A stretch of 64,000 nt of DNA. Origin: Zygnema circumcarinatum SAG 698-1b. Lineage: Eukaryota; Plantae; Zygnematophyceae. Position 1 is the stretch's first letter. Each line of letters opens with the position of its first letter. Shown in pieces: positions 54,601 to 64,000 of the stretch. The position numbers and the translations under genes are program-made. The stretch is from assembly GCA_037447605.1 (NCBI GenBank), contig CM074806.1, forward strand, positions 868,001 through 932,000, given 5' to 3'. The notes beneath the pieces are model-generated. The model had not been told where the DNA came from. It saw only the letters and a program-made list of their open reading frames with translations, and did no database searches.

Positions 54601-56650
54601 AAGGATGAGCTGCAGAGCTTAAAGGAAAATGACACGTGGTCGTTGGAGGAGTTGCCAAGTGGAAGAAATGCAATCGGATGCAAGTGGACTTTCAAAATCA
54701 AGCGCAAGGCAGATGGATCGATTGAAAGGTACAAGGCAAGACTGGTAGCTAAAGGATATTCACAGACAGAAGGCATAGATTACCAGGAGACTTTTGCTCC
54801 AGTTGTGAAATTCAATTCTTTGAGATCGTTAGTGGCTATTGCAGCAGCTGAATCGATGCAGATTCATCAATGGATGTAAAGACAGCCTTTTTAAATGGAA
54901 AATTGACTGAGGAGATTTACATGGAGATGCCAGAGGGAGTGATGAAAGTACCAGGAAAAGTCTGCAAGCTACATCGGACAATTTATGGACTTAAGCAAGC
55001 ACCTCGAGCCTGGAATGAGAAGTTGGATGACGTAATGCAGAAGAATGGATACAGGCAATTCAAAACGGACCCTTCAGTCTATATCAAAGGAGAAGGAGAG
55101 AATCGAATCTACATTGGAATCTATGTAGACGACATTATCATTGTCAGCAAGTCTACAACAAGCATTGGAGCATTGAAGAAGATGCTTCACCAAAATTTCA
55201 AAATGTCAGACATTGGAGAGGCGACATTTCTACTTGGAGTTCAGATTAAGAGGGGGCAGAATGGTAAGATTTTACTCACCTAAGAGTAGTATGCAAAAGA
55301 TGTCTTGGAGAAGTTCCGAATGCAGGATGCCCATCCGTGTTCCTCACCGATGGATCCAAGTGTGAAGCTATCAGCAGCTGATTGCCCCAAGACCAGAGAG
55401 GAAGAGGTGGAGATGCAGGAGTGCCTTATCGACAAGCCATTGGGAGCCTAATGTACCTCACCACAGGTACCAGACCCGACCTCGCAAAAGCAGTGAGCAG
55501 TGTGAGCCGATTTCTGAATAACCCTGGATATGCACATTGGGAAGCAGTGAAGAGAATTTTTCGCTATGTGAAGGGGACGGCAGAGTACGGACTATCGTTC
55601 AGCCTGGTGAGTCTATTCAAGTGTACGGATATTCAGACGCTGACTGGGGAGGAGACGTTGATACCGGTAGGTCCACGTCAGGATATGTGTTTATGTGTGG
55701 AGGAGGATGTATCACATGGAATTCGAAGTTACAGGAGACAGTTGCGCTGTCCAGTACTGAGTCAGAGTACATGGCAGCTTGTCACGCGACGAAGGAGGCG
55801 ATATGGCTCAAAATGTTCTTTCAGGAGTGTGGATATGCACAAGATCCAATTTTGATTTTGATCGACAATAAATCAGCGATTGCACTCACAGAGAATCCCG
55901 TCAACCACAAGAGGTCAAAACACATTAGGGGGGGTCAGACCTTGACCATCGCTTACGAAATTCAAAGATTCCCTATACGGAAAGGTATTGATTTCGTTTC
56001 CAGGTTTCGGATCGGAAGCCGCGGCTCCCCCGAACCTGTCACGTCCCGTCCGTACTACGGAATAGGTTACAGAAATGCCCCCAAATTTCCGAAATCCGCC
56101 GAAATCCGCTCGCCGAAACGCAGGGCCTCCGGAGGCCTTGCGTTTCGGTTTTGTTGAAAAGGCAGCAAATCCGCCGATGAGGAATCGTGCCCCGCCTTGT
56201 CGCCATGCGCGTCACGCAAGTGCGAGCGCCTCTCGCACGTGTGAAGCGCGCGTGGCGATAAAACGGAGGGCGGCGGGCGGCGGGCGGCGGGCGGCGGAGG
56301 GATCGCGGCGGGGCGAAAAGGGGGGAGTGAGACCTGGCTCGGAAATACGAAGGTAAAATAATTATTTTCTTGAATTCGCGGCGCCCGAACCTGCCGAACG
56401 GCCACTTTTTGCGAAAAAGGCCTGCCGTACACGGCGGAATAGGCCCGACGGGCTTACGAAATTGGTTTGGCGATGGTCAAGGTCTGACCTCCCCTATTGA
56501 TCTCTATTACCATTTCATACGGGAACAAGTCAAGAAGAAGAAGATCCGAGTGGAATTCGTACGGACGACAGAACAGGCTGCGGATATGATGACAAAAGGA
56601 GTATCTGGAGCGATTCTTCGCACATGTGTTCAACTGATAGGAATGATGTA
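51622..56650 (+). pseudogene. Copia gag-pol polyprotein, copy 1 (disrupted)
   Basis: Gag with two CCHC knuckles, protease WIIDSGAS, integrase HKRLGH/C..C/D..D..E, RT YVDD and RNase H. Frameshifts at ~54870, ~55420 and ~55605, stops at 55281 and 55287, and a MITE insertion. Confidence 0.93.
55927..56495. mobile_element. MITE inserted in the Copia RNase H
   Basis: 26-bp TIR AGGGG(G/A)GGTCAGACCTTGACCATCGC; TSD ATT; removal restores KRSKHIDLYYHFIRE. Confidence 0.92.
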
Positions 56651-57002
56651 GCGATTGCACGGATCAGAGGGGGATTGTTGAGATCCGTACAATTGTACAT
56701 AGAGTCGTACGGAACGTTTGTTCGGAAGTTATGTACGGAATAGTACGGACTGAGTAACACGTGTTGAGTGCTTAGGGAGTTGTGTGAATCTCAAGACCTT
56801 TGATCGTATGGTTTGTGTTGTTCATCATGTTTTACATTTTGGCGGCGAGGTTTTAGGAAGGCTAGATATAAGACTTCAGTTTTGTGTGTCTTTCTCAACT
56901 TGAGCTTCAAGGAAAGCATAGGATGCTGAGCTCTTGTTAAGTTTTGGAATAAAGTTTTTGTGGATATATGCTCTACTCCTTGGATGCTTGAGATTGTTGG
57001 AA

Positions 57003-60000
57003 ATGTCTAGAAAAGGGAAGGCCCACAAAGATGAGATGGATGATAATGAGAGAGATAGAGGCTCAAGTTCTACAAGTGGTATCAGAGCGACAGGAGATGA
57101 TGATACAGAGAAATACTCAGTTACATTGTTTGATGGGACGAACTACCTCTCCTGGAGTCAAAATATGGAGGCTGTGTTGGAAGCTAAGGAGCTGATGGAA
57201 TTGGTGGACGGCACCAAAGCCACACCAGACAAGGAGAAAGAGCCCAAAGAGTTTGCAAGCTGGAAGAAAAGGAACGTAAAGCAAAAGCCTTAATACTCTC
57301 CTCCATGAAATCCTCACGGACTAGCACTCGCAGTATAATCAGACTGCAGCGAAGCTCCAAACACACCGTAACTCAGCGTCAAAGTATACATTCCGACCAA
57401 ACCCGAAATAACCGACGCAGGTTTATCTGCACCGAGCCCATCCTGCACGCCAGTATGCGCATCACCGAAATGGCATGCGTTTATGGCTTTGCGCGGCGAT
57501 ACCAAACCGCGGCCCTGGTGCTCCATATACGTGCCGATCTGGCGGTAGTGAGTATATAAACCCGCAGGCATAAGTGTTCCAGAGTGCACAGCAGCATTCA
57601 GAGTGGTGAGGTGGAAGTTTTCAAGGAGGAAGTTTTCCCAGCTACAGAGGAAGAGGAGCAGGAGTAGGATTCAACTCATTTGACAGCGGTGGAAGGTTTT
57701 CAGAAATCACCTGCTATACATGTGGCGGAAACGGCCACACATCCAGAGACTGTCGTGCTGGCGGAGGCAGAGGAGTTGCAGCATATGGAGGCGGCCCTCA
57801 AAATCGCAACAGCCAAGGAAATACAACGTTCAGAGGTAGTTGCTACACCTGTGGACAGCGAGGACATTCAGCAAGAAACTGTATGAGTAGAAGTACAGCA
57901 AATTCTGCAACTACTGAATAGACTGAAGGATACGCTACAAGTTTTGGAGTTTCCTCAGTCAATCACCTCTCCATCAAGAGATCAGACTGGATTATAAATT
58001 CAGGAGCAAGTGCTCACATCTGTACAGAGAAGGAGATGTTTGAAGAGATGCACACTTTGAATGTGCCTATCACTGTTCAAACAGCAAGTGGACAAAGGTT
58101 CAGTGTTACAGAGAGTGGAAGAGTAAGATTGATTTTAAAAACAAAGGAAGGGAATGTAGAAACAGTTCTCACAGATGTTTTGTACTCTCCACAAATGATC
58201 CACAATCTTTACTCAGTTTGCTATATGCTTGATCAAGGGGTAGTGACACTATTTGACATAGGAGGAATTCAAATGAGAGAAAGGAGCACATGGAATCTAG
58301 TTGGAGAAGGATTCAGACAAGGACAGACTGCGTTCTTGAAGTGGGAGAAACCCAAATCTCTACCAGTGACTGCAAATCAGGTGGATGTGGAGGAGAATCT
58401 GGAGAAGTGGCACAAGAGATTAGGACATCTCAGCTATTGGGGAATGAAAAGCATGGTAGAGAAGAATTCAGTGATTGGAATTGAGGAGATGAGAGGAGAC
58501 TGGAGTCCCAACATGTCATGTGAAGACTGCTTGAAGTGCAAGTCTCACAAACTACCACATAAGACCCATGGAGAAAGGAAGTACCGAGCAACGAGGAAGC
58601 TGGAGCTGGTTCACTCCGACATTTGTGGCCCAATTTCACCTGCAAGTAGGAGCAGTGCAGAATATTTCATCACCTTCATGGATGACTATTCTCGTAAGTG
58701 TTGGGTAGCATTCCTAAACAGTAAATCTGCAGCGCTAGATTGCTTTAAGCATTGGCAGAGAGTGGTGGAGACAGAAACAGGGGAGAAAATTGCAGCTTTG
58801 AGGACAGATAATGGAGGAGAGTTTACCTCAACTGCATTTATGCAGCATTGTAAGGACACAGGGATAAAAAGGCAATTTACTGCACCTCACTGTCCTGAAA
58901 GCAATGGTGCAGCAGAAAGATTGAATCGCACTTTGGTGGAAATGGCACGATCAATGCTTCATGGTTCCAATCTGCATTTGAGTTTTTGGGCAGAGGCCAT
59001 CAATGCAGCGATTCATGTGAGAAATCGATGTCCCACATCAGCCTTGAATGATGGCAAGGTTCCAGAAGAGCTTTGGACCGGGTCCAAGCCCACAATTTCT
59101 CACTTACGTGTGTGGGGGTCCAAATGCTTCGTCAATATTCCACATGCTCAGAGGAGAGGGAAGATGGATCCTACCGCATGGACAGGATGGCTGGTTGGAT
59201 ATGATCATGAGAGTTTGACCTACAGGATTTGGGATGCTCAGAATAATGCAGTCAGGCGCAGCAGGGATGTTCAATTCGTGGAGAAAGGAGAAGTCACCAG
59301 AAAAGACATGGACTCATGGAGTGTAAAGGGGTTAAGTGAAGAAATGCAGGATGAGGAGAGCGCTAAGGAAGACCCAAGCCCCACAATTTTGCAAGAAAGG
59401 GATGCTGAATCAAGAGATGATTTGGAGTCAAGGTTGGAAGAATCAGAATCACCCGAAGAATTGTCAAGAGAGGAGATTCCTACCTTGAGGCGAAGTGCAC
59501 GCATAGCTAAGCGGGAGGCGTTCACACCATCAAAAAATGACCGCCCAAGGAACTTTCGAAGGGCAGCAGAATCCGTGGATGCTCTCACAAGGATTCCTAG
59601 AGATACTGACAATTTTGCTTACGTTGCAGCCTGCACACGTGCAAAACCAGATGAGCCACAATCATTTCAGGAGGCCATTGAAGGACCAGATAAAGAGAAA
59701 TGGAAGCAAGCTATCAAGGATGAGCTGCAGAGCTTAAAGGAAAATGACACGTGGTCGTTGGAGGAGTTGCCAAGTGGAAGAAATGCAATCGGATGCAAGT
59801 GGACTTTCAAAATCAAGCGCAAGGCAGATGGATCGATTGAAAGGTACAAGGCAAGACTGGTAGCTAAAGGATATTCACAGACAGAAGGCATAGATTACCA
59901 GGAGACTTTTGCTCCAGTTGTGAAATTCAATTCTTTGAGATCGTTAGTGGCTATTGCAGCAGCTGAATCGATGCAGATTCATCAAATGGATGTAAAGACA

Positions 60001-61454
60001 GCCTTTTTAAATGGAGAATTGACTGAGGAGATTTACATGGAGATGCCAGAGGGAGTGATGAAAGTACCAGGAAAAGTCTGCAAGCTACATCGGACAATTT
60101 ATGGACTTAAGCAAGCACCTCGAGCCTGGAATGAGAAGTTGGATGACGTAATGCAGACGAATGGATACAGGCAATTCAAAACGGACCCTTCAGTCTATAT
60201 CAAAGGAGAAGGAGAGAATCGAATCTACATTGGAATCTATGTAGACGACATTATCATTGTCAGCAAGTCTACAACAAGCATTGGAGCATTGAAGAAGATG
60301 CTTCACCAAAATTTCAAAATGTCAGACATTGGAGAGGCGACATTTCTACTTGGAGTTCAGATTAAGAGGGGGCAGAATGGTAAGATTTTACTCACCTAAG
60401 AGTAGTATGCAAAAGATGTCTTGGAGAAGTTCCGAATGCAGGATGCCCATCCGTGTTCCTCACCGATGGATCCAAGTGTGAAGCTATCAGCAGCTGATTG
60501 CCCCAAGACCAGAGAGGAAGAGGTGGAGATGCAGCGAGTGCCTTATCGACAAGCCATTGGGAGCCTAATGTACCTCACCACAGGTACCAGACCCGACCTC
60601 GCAAAAGCAGTGAGCAGTGTGAGCAGATTTCTGAATAACCCTGGATATGCACATTGGGAAGCAGTGAAGAGAATTTTTCGCTATGTGAAGGGGACGGCAG
60701 AGTACGGACTATCGTTCAGCCTGGTGAGTCTATTCAAGTGTACGGATATTCAGACGCTGACTGGGGAGGAGACGTTGATACCGGTAGGTCCACGTCAGGA
60801 TATGTGTTTATGTGTGGAGGAGGATGTATCACATGGAATTCGAAGTTACAGGAGACAGTTGCGCTGTCCAGTACTGAGTCAGAGTACATGGCAGCTTGTC
60901 ACGCGACGAAGGAGGCGATATGGCTCAAAATGTTCTTTCAGGAGTGTGGATATGCACAAGATCCAATTTTGATTTTGATCGACAATAAATCAGCGATTGC
61001 ACTCACAGAGAATCCCGTCAACCACAAGAGGTCAAAACACATTAGGGGGGGTCAGACCTTGACCATCGCTTACGAAATTCAAAGATTCCCTATACGGAAA
61101 GGTATTGATTTCGTTTCCAGGTTTCGGATCGGAAGCCGCGGCTCCCCCGAACCTGTCACGTCCCGTCCGTACTACGGAATAGGTTACAGAAATGCCCCCA
61201 AATTTCCGAAATCCGCCAAAATCCGCTCGCCGAAACGCAGGGCCTCCGGAGGCCTTGCGTTTCGGTTTTGTTGAAAAGGCAGCAAATCCGCCGATGAGGA
61301 ATCGTGCCCCGCCTTGTCGCCATGCGCGTCACGCACGTGCAAGCGCCTCTCGCACGTGTGAAGCGCGCGTGGCGATAAAACGGAGGGCGGCGGGCGGCGG
61401 GCGGCGGGCGGCGGGCGGCAGGCGGCGGAGGGAGCGCGGCGGGGCGAAAAGGGG
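57003..61454 (+). pseudogene. Copia gag-pol polyprotein, copy 2 (disrupted), with the same MITE from ~61044
   Basis: Near-identical to copy 1; 787-aa ORF 58036-60399; shares the same stops and the RNase H frameshift. Confidence 0.93.
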
Positions 61455-63109
61455 NNNNNNNNNNAAAAAAACAGTGGCGGGATAACCAAAAAAGGGGGGC
61501 GGTATATAGTTCTCCTAAAGTTTTTGTGGATATATGCTCTACTCCTTGGATGCTTGAGATTGTTGGAAATGTCTAGAAAAGGGAAGGCCCACAAAGATGA
61601 GATGGATGATAATGAGAGAGATAGAGGCTCAAGTTCTACAGCGCATTCGATCCAATGAAACGCACAACCAATCAGGACGCGCGACGTGGCAACGTCAGAC
61701 TCGCGGGTGTCTTCGCAGTTTGTGTGTGGTTTTTTTTTGGTTTTTTTCCCATTTTAGGGCTACGTGGCAACACCTGACTGGATAAGCATTTGATCCGACG
61801 AAACGCACAACCAATCAGGACGCGCGACGTGGCAACGTCAGGCTCGCGGCAACTATACCCCATTTTCATTAAATTCATCATTCACAAACTAACCGAATCC
61901 GTACACCACATAAAACATCAAAATCAAACGCCGTCGTACATAGAAAACGACACGTGGCAATGACAGAATAAGTACGCAATATACCCCATTTTCTGCGCAT
62001 TCGATCCAATGAAACGCACAACCAATCAGAACGCGCGACGTGGCAACGTCAGACTCGCGGCAACTATACCCCCTTTTCATTAAATTAATCTTTCACAACA
62101 TAATCGAACCCGTCGTACGGATCAAAACGATGACAAAGCTTTTGCCTACGGCAACGCAAAAACGCGAAATATTGTACATGGAGGACCTGGGCCAATCACA
62201 ATTTGCTACGTCATATATGTGGACACGTGGCAGTTGGTTTGCCCATCATCATCAGCATCACGATCATTTGGTTTGGTGATTGGCTTCCAGTTTTCCACAG
62301 GCTGGAGTCCAGCTCACAGTTTTGCGGAGATCTCGGGCCGAGGGACGCGCGCACTCGCAAGTACGAGGTGGACGGATCTTAAAAAAAAAACCAAGGGGGC
62401 GGGATATCTAAAATGGGGGGGGGGCGGGTTGTCATTCTCCTTCCAAAGGTGCTATAATTTGAAATGTGAATCTTCAATATGAGCATGGGAGCAGTCCATG
62501 TGCATGCATGCATGCAGGCCATGCATGTGTGTATGCATGCATGCATGCGATGGCGCGGGGACACATGGCGCAAAGGAGCGCTCGTTCACCTTCCAAATTT
62601 GCCCTGCAGCACCGCATGTTGGTGCACGAGAAACACGGTGGCCCCGTAAGCTGGAACTGCCAACGGGCCAATGCTGCCACATCCCTCCATGGAACGCCGC
62701 CCTCCGTGGGTTCCATGGCGGCAAGGCCGCCCCCTCTAAATGGGACTCCGTCCACATAGGCTCTCATCCGCGAGCGGACGTGGCGCCACAGAGCTCACCT
62801 GTGTCGTGCGTCCCCTGCGTCCGTCAGAGTGTCCTTGACGACCTCCAAGAGCATACGTTGTGAAGTCGGTCGCTTGCTTTTTCCAAAAAGGCCGCGTTTA
62901 ATATCTTGTGCGTAGGCTCCTCTAGGCTTTGCTTCGAGCTCACCTTTTCGTTGGTTGTCGTTTTTTGAAGGCAGAGAGCGGTACTGGGTGTGATACTGTG
63001 CTGCTTGTATCTGAAACTTTCGACCTTTTTTACAGCAGGAGCTTCGTTTCTTCTTTTTTAAAAAGTTCCAGAAATTGGCTATTTCTTACATCTGCAGGGA
63101 AAAGCAACC

Positions 63110-63307
63110 ATGGCTTCATTGCTCTTTCAGCAAGCAGTTGTCGCTCCGTCTTCATTTGTAACGCAGCGTTTCCACCATGGCTTCTGTCCTTGTCGTGCTC
63201 CCGCCCTGGCTTTGAGGAAGAAGACCATCTCAACAATCGGTTTGAATGCTGTTCGAGCAAGCGAAGAAAGTGAAGCAAATCCTAAGGAGGATCTCACGAA
63301 ACAAAGG
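63110..63307 (+). CDS. Exon 1 of a second copy of the AAKSGGRVGG-type membrane protein gene (runs off the window)
   Basis: 62460-64000 is highly similar to 19410-20950: promoter, exon 1 MASLLFQQAVVAPSS... and intron 1. Confidence 0.8.
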
Positions 63308-64000
63308 TAGAATTGCGTCAAACAAATTGAAAGAAACCTTCAAGTATGAAGGATGTTCTATTCAGTAATCAAGTGTCTGGCGCTGGCTCTTTGAATAATT
63401 GTGTTAAATCAGTCTGAAATTGCTTCCCTGCTGACCGCTTTATCCAGTGTTGCTCTGCGTTGGACAAGCTGACGCTGCCTTTGTTTATCGGTCGGATGCG
63501 TTTGTCGCCGCTTGTGTGATGTTTTGCCTGTACGTCATCATCGCCTTGTTTTCTTTTTTTGGAGATTCTGTATGTTAGAGTGCAGCTAAACTTCAATTGA
63601 AGTCTCCTGAGCCATAGAAACTGCTTTTGTTGGCTTCAGCTTACGATCTCCCGAGAGGAATTATCGACTTAACGTCATTGGTTAAAAAAAATATCCAGCA
63701 TGAATTTAAAATGTTCAAGGTCTTCTTCTTATGTCCTTGTTGTACTGCAGTTTTGAAGACGCTATTATTGTTGCAGTCAGTTTAGTAAAGGCTTGAGATT
63801 TGTTTCTAGGAGGATAGCCAAAATCACCTCTCTGGTCGACACTGTTCGGGTTACTTGTCTGCTTATATCAACAGCTTACCATAAACTAGTAATTCTCTTA
63901 CGAGCAAATTAGAATATAAATTTGCAGTGCACGTACAACATCAGAGCAGTACCGAAAAAAAGTATGAATTGAAATTCTTCTGGCGTCGCATAGGCTGCTG

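Larger units (their letters stand above)
51298..61640 (+). mobile_element. Tandem Ty1/Copia element C (LTR-internal-LTR-internal-LTR)
   Basis: LTRs at 51298-51693, 56676-57074 and a partial one ending at 61640; PBS TGGTATCAGAGC after LTRs 1 and 2; PPT AGAGGGGGA; a single TSD GCGCA at 51293-51297 and 61641-61645. Confidence 0.95.

Noticed and set aside
57310-57610. Apparently novel sequence replacing part of gag in Copia copy 2
   Set aside because: It looks like garbled low-quality consensus; similar noise occurs in LTR B copies at ~31850-32300 and ~33350-33800. No TIR, TSD or ORF support.

Overview
Eukaryotic nuclear DNA with spliceosomal introns. It is most consistent with a streptophyte alga or other early-diverging plant lineage, an inference from gene content. 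The first ~27 kb is genic: a decayed clade-A-like PP2C with a MITE in an exon, a multi-exon P-class PPR gene, a plant-type RecQl1 helicase and a small plastid-type membrane protein gene. The rest is a dense nest of Copia LTR elements, solo LTRs, a TRIM, a hAT element and several MITE families, with scaffold gaps. The standout is a locally triplicated six-exon gene that the ORF track does not show whole. It encodes a secreted protein: signal peptide, two RRL-containing micro-exons, Lys-rich extensin-like Ser/Thr-Pro repeats and a C-terminal type-1 blue-copper domain with the short amicyanin/prokaryote-type ligand loop (H...CPPHP[W/F]M). That loop is neither the phytocyanin nor the plastocyanin loop. 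Each copy has a 5S-rRNA-derived sequence upstream. All calls come from manual reading and splicing; no database searches were run.
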